Notes: generated by a model not told the origin, from the sequence alone. A stretch of 64,000 nt of DNA from an uncultured delta proteobacterium (GCA_963847445.1 CAWJZV010000015.1:160001-224000), one strand, 5' to 3'. Numbered from the stretch's first letter, positions 50,840-60,644 are shown. Made by a program: numbers and translations.

Positions 50840-51349
50840 ATGGCCGTTAAGCCAGGCTGGGAAGGCCGCTATTTTGAAGACTTCGAGGTCGGCGATATTT
50901 ATCGCTGCCGTCTCGGTCGCACGGTCACGGAAGCCGATAATATCTGGTTCACCTTGCTGACCAACAACACCAATCAGATTCACTTCAACAACGAGTACGG
51001 TAAACGCACCGAGTTCGGCAAATGTCTGATCAACAGCGCGTTGACCCTCGCCATCGTTGCCGGCATGGGTGTGGCGGATGTGAGTGAAAATGGCTTTGCC
51101 CTAGGCTGGGACGGCATTACGCTGCCCAATCCCTTGTTCGCCGGCGATACGCTTTATTCCGAATCCGAAGTGCTGGAGATCCGCGAGTCCAAGTCGAAAC
51201 CGCAATGGGGGATTCTCAAAGTGCGCACCCGCGGCGTTCAACAAGAGGGCAAAGTCGTGATCGACTACGCCCGCAGCGTGATGGTGTGGAAGAAAGCGTT
51301 CGCGCCGAAGCATGATTTGTTTCCGCAGATCAAAGAAGAGAAGAAATAA
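50840..51349 (+). CDS. MaoC family dehydratase (hot-dog fold)
   Basis: GRYFEDFEVG, RTVTEADN, N.NQIHF, PLFAGDTLYSESEV. Confidence 0.9.
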   Translation: MAVKPGWEGRYFEDFEVGDIYRCRLGRTVTEADNIWFTLLTNNTNQIHFNNEYGKRTEFGKCLINSALTLAIVAGMGVADVSENGFALGWDGITLPNPLFAGDTLYSESEVLEIRESKSKPQWGILKVRTRGVQQEGKVVIDYARSVMVWKKAFAPKHDLFPQIKEEKK

Positions 51350-51353
51350 TTGC

Positions 51354-51395
51354 ATTCAAGCCGTTCAAAACGTTCAAAACGTATAAGTTGTTCAA
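51354..51395 (+). repeat. GTTCAA short tandem array (9-bp period)
   Basis: attcaagcc gttcaaaac gttcaaaac gtataagtt gttcaa, 5 bp after the MaoC stop. Confidence 0.7.
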
Positions 51396-51414
51396 GACAA
51401 GAGAAGAGGTGAGT

Positions 51415-52614
51415 GTGGCAAGCAATTCGAAACCCTCGCGAGCGTTGGATGGCGTCAAAATCTTGGCTTTCGAGCAGGTGCTCTCTGGCCCGTTTGCGAC
51501 CTGTTTGCTCGCTGACATGGGCGCGGAGGTGATCAAAGTCGAGCGCCCTGGGGTCGGCGACGTGATTCGCTCCTGGGATTCTGTCGTGAAGGGGTTGTCC
51601 TCGGGCTACGTTTGGTTGAACCGCAACAAGCGCAGCTTGACGGTCGATGTTAAGAAAGAAAAGGGGCGTGAGATTCTACAAGAGTTGGCCAAGCGCTCGG
51701 ATATTTTCTTCGAGAATTATGCCCCTGGTGTCGCCGGACGGCTCGGGCTCGGCTATGAAAAACTTTCGGAACTCAATCCGCGGCTGATCTATTGCTCGCT
51801 GTCCGGTTACGGCCAAGACGGTCCTTATCGCGATGTGAAGGCATACGACCTCTTGATTCAAGGTGAAGGCGGCATCATTGCCACCACCGGTTATCCGGAC
51901 AAGCCGGCGAAAGCGGGCATCGCTATTGCCGACATCGCTTCCGGCATGTACGCGGCGATCGGAATCCTGCTTGCGCTCTACCAGCGGGAAAAGACTGGCG
52001 AAGGCCAGCTAGTCGATGTCTCGATGCTCGATTCGATCGTGTCGTGGCTTGGCTACTTTCCGCATCACTACTGGCACGCCGGCGAAGAGCCGGGGCGGGT
52101 CGGCATGCGGCACCATTATGTTTGTCCCTACGGCCCTTATTTGGCCGGTGACGGTGAGTACGTCAATCTGGCGGTAGCGAGTCCGGCGGATTGGGATGTG
52201 TTTTGCAAAGTCGTGATAGAACGACCGGAGCTGCTTACCGATGAGCGCTTCGCCTCGGTCCAAGACCGGCGTAAGAACCGCAGTCTGCTGGAAGATACCA
52301 TCGAGAATATTTTTGCTTCACGCGATCACAAGCACTGGCTCGCACAGCTCAAGAAGGCTGATCTGCCCCATGGCATCGTCCGCGGCATTGCCCAGGTGCT
52401 CGCCCATCCCCAGGTTGCCGCGCGCAAGCTTATTCGCGAAGCCGAGTCGCCGGTGGGCAAGGTTCCGGTGATCGCCAACGCCCTCAAGATGTCGAAGAGC
52501 AGCGCGCGCTACGAGCGCATTCCGGGTCTAGGCGAGAATAATGCGGCGATCTTGTCTGAGCTTGGCTACGATGCCGCCGCGATCGAAGCGCTCCAGCGCG
52601 ATAAAGTCATTTGA
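51415..52614 (+). CDS. CaiB/BaiF (family III) CoA transferase
   Basis: LADMGAEVIKVERPG, NRNKRS, SGYGQDGPY, AYD (catalytic Asp), PGLGE. Confidence 0.92.
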   Translation: MASNSKPSRALDGVKILAFEQVLSGPFATCLLADMGAEVIKVERPGVGDVIRSWDSVVKGLSSGYVWLNRNKRSLTVDVKKEKGREILQELAKRSDIFFENYAPGVAGRLGLGYEKLSELNPRLIYCSLSGYGQDGPYRDVKAYDLLIQGEGGIIATTGYPDKPAKAGIAIADIASGMYAAIGILLALYQREKTGEGQLVDVSMLDSIVSWLGYFPHHYWHAGEEPGRVGMRHHYVCPYGPYLAGDGEYVNLAVASPADWDVFCKVVIERPELLTDERFASVQDRRKNRSLLEDTIENIFASRDHKHWLAQLKKADLPHGIVRGIAQVLAHPQVAARKLIREAESPVGKVPVIANALKMSKSSARYERIPGLGENNAAILSELGYDAAAIEALQRDKVI

Positions 52615-52735
52615 CCGGCGCTCGTTTCACCGACCAGCTGATCGAAGACTTTGCAATTTTTCCGCCGGCGGTATCGATCTGCGGCGTGACGTAAAAGCGT
52701 CGATTCACTTCCAACTCCAGTTCCGGAGACTGACT

Positions 52736-53248
52736 ATGCGTAAACCTGTTATCGGTGTCATGGGCGCGTCCGCCAATGACGGGCTCAGTCTCGCAGAGTC
52801 GGAGCGACTGCAACAACTTGCTGAAAGCTTGGGGGCAGCAATCGCCCAAGCCGACTGTTTCCTAGTCACCGGTGCGACCACAGGGTTGCCAGGGTTGGTC
52901 GCCACGGCGTTTCGCAAGCAAGGGGGCTTTGCCTTGGGGATTTCTCCGGCTGAGAATCGCGCCGAGCATGTGCAGCGCTATGGTTTGCCCGAAGATGGCG
53001 CGGATGTGATCGTTTACACCGGCTTCGGTTACAAGGGGCGCAACGTCATCAACATTCGTTCGTCGGATATTGTGATCATTTTCGGCGGCGCCACCGGAAC
53101 GTTGAACGAGTTCACGATCGCCTACGATGAGGGCAAGGTGATTGGTGTATTAGCCGGCAGTGGCGGCGTGGCAGATCACATTGAGAAAATTGTCGAGGTC
53201 TGTCAGAAACCGACTCGGGGAAAGCTGTTCTTCGACTACGCATCCTAA
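52736..53248 (+). CDS. LOG/SLOG family (TIGR00725-like) protein
   Basis: IGVMGAS, VTGATTGLP, GISP, YTGFG..GRN, GGATGTLNEF.IA; C-terminus may be frameshifted. Confidence 0.82.
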   Translation: MRKPVIGVMGASANDGLSLAESERLQQLAESLGAAIAQADCFLVTGATTGLPGLVATAFRKQGGFALGISPAENRAEHVQRYGLPEDGADVIVYTGFGYKGRNVINIRSSDIVIIFGGATGTLNEFTIAYDEGKVIGVLAGSGGVADHIEKIVEVCQKPTRGKLFFDYAS

Positions 53249-53290
53249 AACGCTTATTCAGACTTGCGTAGGTGCGATCGCTGCTGCGGA

Positions 53291-53858
53291 TTATTTGGCT
53301 GACTCGCCGACTTAAATAGCCGCGGGCAAATTTGCGCATGTCGTCCCGTGGCAGTCCCAATCGAACTGTTTCTTCTAACGCCTTCTCTTCAGTCCAGCCT
53401 TCTTCCTGAATGCGGAAAATCATCATGTAGGGGGCGACTCGCTCGGCGAAGGCGCAGTTGATCAACATGGGATGGTTGGCTGGGTCTCTGGCGATTTGGA
53501 GAAATTCGTCGATTTGCTTGACAGCTGGGCAAAGGGTTTGCGGCTTGGGATATTGAAATAGCGCATCCGGTTGTTTTCGACCAAGAAACGCTCACGCAAG
53601 GTGTCGACACCATCTTTCGGCGACCGCAGGGTTATAACCGAGCGAAAACCATTTGCCGCGGCTTTGGCGTAGGCTTCGCCCGAAGGTTGGCCGCCGACGG
53701 TGGGTTTGTCGTCGATGCAGAGAACAACCGGAACGTTGACTATGGTTTTGCGGTCGAACTGGCCTGACGGCGGCCGTTCACTGCGACGGGGTGCGATTCT
53801 CCACCGGCGCGCTCGCTGCCAGCGATGCGACGAGCGCGCCGATGAAAAAAATCTTCAT
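53291..53858 (-). CDS. Exported DUF442/tyrosine-phosphatase-fold protein (frameshifted)
   Basis: Signal peptide; GGQP, GFRSVITLR, RYFNIP, HPMLINCAFAERV (Cx4R), EEGW...AL; end approximate. Confidence 0.65.
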
Positions 53859-54853
53859 AGGTTGAAAACGCCGGCTGCGGTATTGCCGAGGATCGCGGTC
53901 TTGTCCGCGCTTGAACAGGGCGCTTGGCGCACCATATCGATCGACTCGATGATGTTCGCCGCAGTCTTGCATTCGAGCGGATAGTCGCTGCCAAACATGA
54001 TTCGGTCGGCGGTGGTTATGTTTAGTGCCGCGGCCATCGACGGTCCCCAGGCACCGGTTCCAGCGGTGTCGAAGTACAGCCGTTGAAAGAGCTTTTCAAA
54101 CCGTTCGGTGACGCCGAATTTTTTCTGTTCATTTTGGGTTTTCAAATAGCCGCGCATTTCGGCCGGAATCGGCGCGTCATCGGTTTCGAAAAACGCCATC
54201 ATGCGCCCCTTGAGCGACGACGCCGCGCCGCCAAGGTGGGGGATGATGAAGCGGAGCTCGGGAAAGCGCGGCAGGACGGCATTCATGATGCGCACGATCG
54301 CTTGGGTGGTCTCGAGCGGGCGAAACACGCAGCGGTCCAAACTGTAAGTCGTTTCCGAGCCGGTCGGTTTGGATTGCGGATGGAGGATGATCGGCAAATT
54401 ATTCTTCTGAATGATCTCGTAGAGCGGAAACATCAGCGGGTTGTCGAGCTGGATATCGAGGTGGCAGGCGAGCAAGGCGACCGAGCGCAGGCCGAGTTCA
54501 TGAATGCCGCGCTCGAGCTCGCGCTGGGCGCTCTCGGGCTCATGAATCGCCATATGGATGGCGCTGCGAAAGCGCTTGGGGTGTTGTTTTTCGACCTCGG
54601 CGACGCCGTCGTTGAGAGCTCGGGCGACTTCTGCGCCCATGACCTGCACCTGATCGGTGAGAATGGAGTAGGTCACTCGAGCGTCGTCCATCGCTTTGAT
54701 ATGGGCTTCGAGGTCCTTGCGCGAAGGGTGCAGAGTCAAACTGATTTCGTTGGTGACGATGCGTTTGCCGCCGGCCTGTTTGGCGAGACGGTCGAATAGC
54801 ATGGCCGGCATATAATGGTGGTGCACGTCGACAATCAATTCTGCTGAGGCCAT
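53855..54853 (-). CDS. Amidohydrolase family 2 (ACMSD-like decarboxylase/hydratase)
   Basis: DVHHH, IILHP, PHLGG, YFDTA, IMFGSDYP, ILGNTA. Confidence 0.88.
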   Translation of the reverse strand: MASAELIVDVHHHYMPAMLFDRLAKQAGGKRIVTNEISLTLHPSRKDLEAHIKAMDDARVTYSILTDQVQVMGAEVARALNDGVAEVEKQHPKRFRSAIHMAIHEPESAQRELERGIHELGLRSVALLACHLDIQLDNPLMFPLYEIIQKNNLPIILHPQSKPTGSETTYSLDRCVFRPLETTQAIVRIMNAVLPRFPELRFIIPHLGGAASSLKGRMMAFFETDDAPIPAEMRGYLKTQNEQKKFGVTERFEKLFQRLYFDTAGTGAWGPSMAAALNITTADRIMFGSDYPLECKTAANIIESIDMVRQAPCSSADKTAILGNTAAGVFNL

Positions 54854-54970
54854 AGAATATCTCCAGCTCCTTCTAAATATTGTTGGTCCATCAAACTACG
54901 ATAGGGCGCTGATGACTGCAAGTGAATCCTTCCGCGCCGTGGTCGCGCACAATTGCGCGTTTGCCCGGTG

Positions 54971-55682
54971 TCACTCACCTCGCGAACGGGCGCCGGGCGA
55001 GTATGACAACATCAGGATGATAATCGGCAAGATGGCCGCGTGGACAAAAAAATCCGCTGGAGTCCAGGCGTAGCTCGTGAACGCCGGCGAAGCGCAGGGC
55101 GGGCAAAGCCACATGAGCGGCCCGGCGAAGTAAAATGAATTGTGCACGCCGCCGAAGATCAGGCGCTCGAAGGTCAATGCCAAGGCGCCACCCAAAGCGA
55201 AGGGCGCCGAACCAAGCCAGAGCCGGTCCAGAGCGCTATTGGTGAAGCGGAAAAACAACGGTCCGAGCAGAAACCAATAGGCGAAATAGAGCAGTAGATA
55301 AACATGAAAGGTTTCAAATTCGGTTGCGTGAAACACTGAGTGAAATCCAAAATTCGGAAAAATCTCGACTTGTCCCGGCCGATCCCAGTGAAAAAACAGT
55401 GCTTTGGAGCCGAAATCGAAAAGTAGCACGGCCAACAACAGTCGAACGTACAATGACGATTCCTGCCCGAGTTGGGCTGCGCCAAACACCTCGTACATGG
55501 TAACGGCGCGATGAAGCGGAGAACCGACCAACCGATAAGCAGTATAGCGCTCCAGACCAACGAAGTGTGAAGGGCGGCTTCGCGTTGCGGCCCTGACGGC
55601 GTGCAAGACGCTCAGCCAAAGCGGTACGACCAGCGACAACACAAGCAAGAAGGAAAAGTATCGGTGCAGGAGCGCTGGCCAT
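54971..55682 (-). CDS. Membrane protein with a degenerate signal peptidase II (LspA)-like domain
   Basis: LFDFGSKAL, GGALALTFERL..GGVHNSF, WTPADFFV; 5' end frameshifted near 55650. Confidence 0.5.
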
Positions 55683-55710
55683 GGTGCGGTAGCGGTCTGA
55701 TTCCTCTGAG

Positions 55711-56373
55711 TTAGGGGTTCGCACCTAGGTTACGTAACAATTCGACCGTAACTTCGTTGAGCGATGCGCAGATCTGAGTCGCTTGGGAAAAATCATGATC
55801 TCGGGTGTAGCCGTTGGGGATGGCAAGACAGCGCATGCCGGCAGCTTGTGCCGCCAGCACGCCTTTCTCGGCGTCTTCGAGCACGGCGCATTCGGCCGGA
55901 GCGACACCAAGGCGATCGGCCGCTTTAAGGAAAATATCCGGCGCCGGTTTGACTCGGGCGACATCCGAGACCGCTGACGATCGGTTTCAAAGTAGTCGAG
56001 CGATCCCCAGGCCATGGATGAACCCCGTCGACGGCGTCGCGGTAGGACGAAGAGGCGAGGCCGATGCGCATGGCTTCCCTGTAAGTCGCGCCAGGAGCGC
56101 GGTCGGCTCCCGCCATCGGTCGAAGCGAGGATGCGCAGCAAGATCTTGATAATGCGCCGCCTTGCGCGCGCGCAGCGCCACCGGATCGAGATCGAGACCC
56201 TGGCGCACCACCCAGTCGTCGATACCCTTACCACGGCGCACCCAATGCTCGCCGTAGTCCGCTTCCGCGAGTTGGACGTTGTGTTCGAGCAGCGCCATCC
56301 GATAGGCCCGGCAATGCAGCTGTTCGGTGTCGGCCAGCAGGCCATCGAGGTCGAAAATAACCGTGGTGATCAT
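55711..56373 (-). CDS. HAD family phosphatase (subfamily IA; heavily frameshifted)
   Basis: VIFDLDGLLADTE, GLASSS, KPAPDIF, VLEDAEKG pieces. Confidence 0.8.
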
Positions 56374-56454
56374 CGCTATTCAGACTCACGATGATTTTAC
56401 TGAATTTTCGGCGACATTGCATCAGCTCGATGTTGCCGCCGCTTGGCGAGGAGA

Positions 56455-56491
56455 ATAAAAGACGGCCAAGCTACGCTGAGCTTGGCCGTCT
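56455..56491 (-). terminator. Intrinsic terminator after the Spy/CpxP-like gene
   Basis: Perfect stem AGACGGCCAAGCT / AGCTTGGCCGTCT followed by TTTAT on the minus strand. Confidence 0.8.
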
Positions 56492-56515
56492 ATAAAACGA
56501 TTATTTGCCCGAGCT

Positions 56516-57018
56516 CTACGACGGCTGCTTGGTCATTTTGCGGAAGTGCTCGTGACGTGACGCCACTAAGCTCTTCAGTTGGTCGCGCTGCGGGACCGAC
56601 AGCACGGACTGGCCATTATCCATCGCTTCGTGCTGCAGGTAGCGCAGCTCCGAACGGTATTTCTCGGCTTCCTGGATCTTCGATTTGATCTTAATCAGGT
56701 CCGCCGGCGATTGCTGCGTCAGTCCGGCGATCTCTTTCTCGATCGTGCGAATCTGTTGGTGCAGCGGGGTTACCTGGGTCTGGTAATTGCTCTTGATCTG
56801 CTCCAGTTTGGCGACTTGATCGGTGCCCAGGTTTAACTCGCTCTTATGCTTGAGCGCGATGCTGATTAACGGCGCGCCGCCGGCAAATCCACCGCGCATA
56901 TGGGCGCCATGGGCAAAGGGTCTGCCGCCGCTCCGGCGCGGCCGCCATCGGCGCGGAGACCAGCGCGACCGTCGCCAGGGCCGCACCACCGAAGATTAAA
57001 CGTTGTTACTTTGTTCAT
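56516..57018 (-). CDS. Spy/CpxP-like periplasmic chaperone (frameshift in signal region)
   Basis: AAGGAGG RBS, MNKVTT start, Gly/His-rich leader, ELNL..DQ..KL..I and VLS..QR..L repeats. Confidence 0.72.
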
Positions 57019-57052
57019 ATTACCCTCCTTCAGGGTGTGAGATTTTGATCGT

Positions 57053-57082
57053 TTAGACGCAGCCAAAGGGAATTGGTTTACC
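57053..57082 (-). promoter_or_regulatory. Candidate ECF-sigma promoter of the spy-like gene
   Basis: Minus strand GGTAAACCA-N16-TCTAA with CGTCTAA -10. Confidence 0.5.
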
Positions 57083-57164
57083 TTCTGTCGCTCGATTACT
57101 CGTTTGAGTCCTTCCTGGCCGGCGCTGGACGGGGCTTGCCAGGTTGGCGTTTGCGGCGCTCCGG

Positions 57165-57320
57165 GACGCTATCCAATAGCCGGTCGAGCATGCGCTGGGG
57201 ATTAACGAGGAAGTCGTGGGTGAAGTCGATATTTTCTCTATGCCGTTGCTGGACAAGTTGTATGCGTTGGGGTACGCCATCAGGATCGGCGAGTGGGTAG
57301 CGATGATGAATTGAAATGGC
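57165..57320 (-). pseudogene. C-terminal relic of an ABC-type/AAA ATPase gene
   Basis: QFIIATHSPILMAYPNA...GIEK and THDFLVNPQRMLDRLL; no Walker A/B upstream. Confidence 0.6.
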
Positions 57321-57407
57321 CAAGCCGATTGGGCCAAGCCGATTCGCCTTGTCGGTTTGGCAACTATGGTGTAATAGTCCGGCCAGCAGTTCGTAAGGAG
57401 AGCAGCC

Positions 57408-58373
57408 ATGGAAAACCACGCTAACGAAACCATCCTTGCCAGGCCGCAGTTGGCATATCTGCATCATGTGAGCCTGCCTTGCCGCGATCTGGCAGAGTCG
57501 AAGCGTTTTTATATCGAAGTCTTGGGCGGCGAACTATATCATGACACACCTGGCTTCGCCGAAGTGATGCTCGCCGGCATGATTGTTGGGATGTCGGAAC
57601 AGGCGGAAGGTTGGACCGGTTGGGAGGCGGAGTATCCGCACTATGGCTTTAACGTCGATGCGGCAAATTTCGCTTTAGCCAAGCCCTGGCTCGACGGCTG
57701 CGGCGTGCCGTCCCATGGCTGGACGCGCAATTACCAAACCGCGCTGCGCTATTTGCGCGATCCGTCGGGAAATTTGCTCGAGCTCTACTGTGACAGCGGC
57801 TACGGAGATATTAAGAACTTGGCCTTGGGACCGCGTCAAGGCGGCGTGCCGCTGCCGCTGGGCGAGCTCAACTATCGTTGGAGCGGCAAGTTGGCGGACT
57901 CCCATTTGCTCCGCCCGCGTCTGGCGAGCTTCGCCCATTTGAGTGTGCCGGTAAACGATATCGCACAGGCGAAACGGTTCTGCATCGAAGTCCTGGGCGG
58001 CGAGCCGATGGCGACCAGCGATCCGGCGACCTTTACCGAAGTGCGCGTCGCCGGCGCGATTGTCGGCCTGTCGACCCGCAGCGGGGTTTGCACCGGGCGC
58101 GACGCCGAATATCCGCACTACGCGTTCTACGCCGACGGCGAAAACTTTCTGCCGATGATCGAGTGGCTCAAACACAATGGCGTGGTGACGCCGGGGCCTT
58201 GGACGCGCGACGGCAAGAAGGGGTTGATGTACTTTCGCGACCCGTCGGGCAATTTATTTGAGATTTATTGCGGCAAAGACATCCCGCAAGCCATGCAGTT
58301 TCCCCGTGGCGTGAAGCAGGGCGGTAGTTACGCCACCGAATATGCAGCTTTGTTCTATCAGTGGCAGGGTTAA
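57408..58373 (+). CDS. Tandem two-domain VOC family protein
   Basis: H.S.P..D....KRF.IEVLGGE, EYPHY.F, WTR, Y.RDPSGNL.E.YC each present twice. Confidence 0.85.
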   Translation: MENHANETILARPQLAYLHHVSLPCRDLAESKRFYIEVLGGELYHDTPGFAEVMLAGMIVGMSEQAEGWTGWEAEYPHYGFNVDAANFALAKPWLDGCGVPSHGWTRNYQTALRYLRDPSGNLLELYCDSGYGDIKNLALGPRQGGVPLPLGELNYRWSGKLADSHLLRPRLASFAHLSVPVNDIAQAKRFCIEVLGGEPMATSDPATFTEVRVAGAIVGLSTRSGVCTGRDAEYPHYAFYADGENFLPMIEWLKHNGVVTPGPWTRDGKKGLMYFRDPSGNLFEIYCGKDIPQAMQFPRGVKQGGSYATEYAALFYQWQG

Positions 58374-58423
58374 TTTCGCCGGGCGGAATAGGATCGATTC
58401 GTTGGCGCCGTTGTTCGAGCCGC

Positions 58424-58791
58424 TTAGCCAACGGGTGCGGGTGGCGTGATCTTCGGCACCAGCCTAAGGCGAGGTGGGCTGGACAGAGCATTCGACTTAA
58501 CTGCTTTATGATTGGCCCCGCCGCCATCGATGACTACGAAGGGCTTGGCCAATTTGACGCGATAACTTGCACCCAGCCGCACGCGTTGCCGGTATAGACT
58601 CAATGCGTCCGCTGGGCGGGAGTCGTGGTCTTGATACGATGCCACGATATCTTCCAAGAGATCGAGTAAGGCTTCGGGGTCCTCGTGGTGATGTTCTCTC
58701 AAAGTTGCCCATGATCTCGTCGTAACGCAAAAGTCGTGCAACACCATCAATAACTGGATTTGCTGCGTTAGCCTTTGTCCTTACTTGACAT
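58424..58791 (-). CDS. Hypothetical protein (uncertain, probable frameshift near 58770)
   Basis: ORF 58424..58750 plus upstream MSSKD start; no recognisable motif. Confidence 0.35.
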
Positions 58792-59097
58792 ATTGCGGAA
58801 CTCTGGATGACGCGGAGTCGAATCAGCGGGGTTTTTGGTCAGTGGCTGATGGATTTTTCGGCGCACAACTCTGGTTGATCGTCGACTAATTGGTTCTGAA
58901 TCTGCGTTTGTCGTACTGGCGTGATTTATCCAACCACCAGCCCTGGAGGCTTGCCCATCGGCTCGCAAGGCCTAAGGTGAATCCGCGATCATTGAAGGCG
59001 CGTTAGGTTAGGTTATTTTGATCCGGTCTATGATCTGTGTCGTTATCAAGATGGTCAATGGAGACAAGCCGAATCGGTCAAAAATAAGGAGGCGTTC

Positions 59098-59559
59098 ATG
59101 GAAATCGAAAACAAACTCAAAGCCCTCGGCATCGTGCTGCCCGATCCGCCGACACCGGCGGCCAACTACATCGGCTACGTCCGGGTTGGGAATCTGCTAT
59201 TCATCGGCGGCAACATCGGCCGGATCGACGGCGTGATTAAATATCGCGGCAAAGTCGGCGCCGAGATCAGCGTCGAACAAGCCTACGACGCGGCGCGCAA
59301 CTGTGCCCTCAATCATCTGGCGATCATGAAGTCGGCCTTGGGCGATCTCGACAAGGTCGAGCGCATCGTCAAAGTTCTCGGCTACGTCAACGTCGCCCCC
59401 GGCTTTATCGATATGCCGAAAGTCGTCAACGGCGAGTCGGATCTGCTGGTGCAAGTGTTTGGCGAAAAGGGCCAGCACACACGCGCCGCCATCGGGGTGG
59501 CGTCGCTAAGTCAGGATGCGCCGGTGGAAAATGAAATTACGGTGCAGGTTAAGGACTGA
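59098..59559 (+). CDS. RidA/YjgF family protein
   Basis: P.PAANY, GKVG, DLDKVERIVK, VNG.SDL, HTRAAIGV.SL...APVE. Confidence 0.9.
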   Translation: MEIENKLKALGIVLPDPPTPAANYIGYVRVGNLLFIGGNIGRIDGVIKYRGKVGAEISVEQAYDAARNCALNHLAIMKSALGDLDKVERIVKVLGYVNVAPGFIDMPKVVNGESDLLVQVFGEKGQHTRAAIGVASLSQDAPVENEITVQVKD

Positions 59560-59734
59560 CGCGAGCGGCACCCGCGCGTCGGGCTCGGATCGATCCAGCC
59601 TTGGCGCGCGAAGAACTCCGAAAGAAATCGCACCGCTTACCCGGCACTTACCAGGCCACTTGTTCGCCTAAGGTGAGATCTTCTTGAATGCCTTTGGCCA
59701 CGGCGCTGGTCGCCACGATCCCGATGCTTGAGAA

Positions 59735-60061
59735 TTAGCTGGGATTCAGAATGAAATTGTGCACCAGGGCGGCTGATGTCAGCATCAGTGCGGTGCACAA
59801 GATCGCCGCACCGAATGGCGCCAGGATCATGAACTCCACGTAGAATGCCGCGGTGGCGAGCAAAATGCAGCGGGCCAGTCTGACACGGGACATCGGCGAG
59901 CGCAGGTCGAACTTGGTTGGAGGGTATAACAAGGCGGCGTCGCGCTCCGAATAGATCGGTTGCTTTTTTCGATAACGGCGATACTGCACCAGTCGGACGG
60001 CGAACCAGATTATCAGGAATAAGACGGGCGCCTCTGAAAGAATGTAACCTAACTTGTCCAT
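59735..60061 (-). CDS. Hypothetical small membrane protein
   Basis: 108 aa, three hydrophobic segments, GAGG RBS. Confidence 0.6.
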   Translation of the reverse strand: MDKLGYILSEAPVLFLIIWFAVRLVQYRRYRKKQPIYSERDAALLYPPTKFDLRSPMSRVRLARCILLATAAFYVEFMILAPFGAAILCTALMLTSAALVHNFILNPS

Positions 60062-60299
60062 ATCTACCTCACATCCCGTTGCGAGAAGTCTTCCACTCAG
60101 ATGTCTTCACGCCCGTTACGTATAAAAAGCTGTCGGCGATGTCAAACGCTGGGACATTGGCGCAGGCTAGAGGGCAATTTGAACAAATCGTTGGTTTCCA
60201 GGAGTTGCGGCGCTATATTTGAGGCGATCGGGTAAATCAGTGAGAATTTGGGAGGCAAGAGTGAATTTTATGTCATCGGCGTCCTGGCAGGATCGGCCT

Positions 60300-60625
60300 G
60301 CGCGAATAGCTTTCCTCGCGGTGCGCCGGTGGATTGGCAGGCGATCGAACCGGTGCCTGGACTGGTGAAAACCCTCGGCCTGGCTAAGCACGCGCCGCAT
60401 CCCCATGCGAGCATGCTATTTATCGATTTTCTGCTTTCGAAAGACGGCCAAAAAATTCTTCAGGAAGCGGACTATCTACCGGCTCATCCCGATGTGCCGG
60501 CGAAAGTTGCCGATCTAAAAGCCGGCGGCGGCAAGTTTTCCAAGTTCAACTTCATCGCGCCGGAATTACTCTTCGAGAAGGAAGAGAAGTGGGTCGAGCT
60601 GTTCGAGAAGATGTTTTTTAAGTAA
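60300..60625 (+). pseudogene. C-terminal fragment of an extracellular solute-binding protein
   Basis: GAPVDW, APHPHASMLFIDFLLSKDGQK, W..LF...F; N-terminal two thirds absent. Confidence 0.7.
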
Positions 60626-60644
60626 CGCGGCCCTGCCGTCGCCT

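Noticed and set aside
13889-51395. GTTCAA arrays or REP doublets as a CRISPR array
   Set aside because: Units are 7-9 bp with no unique spacers, there are no regularly spaced 25-45 bp repeats, and no cas genes
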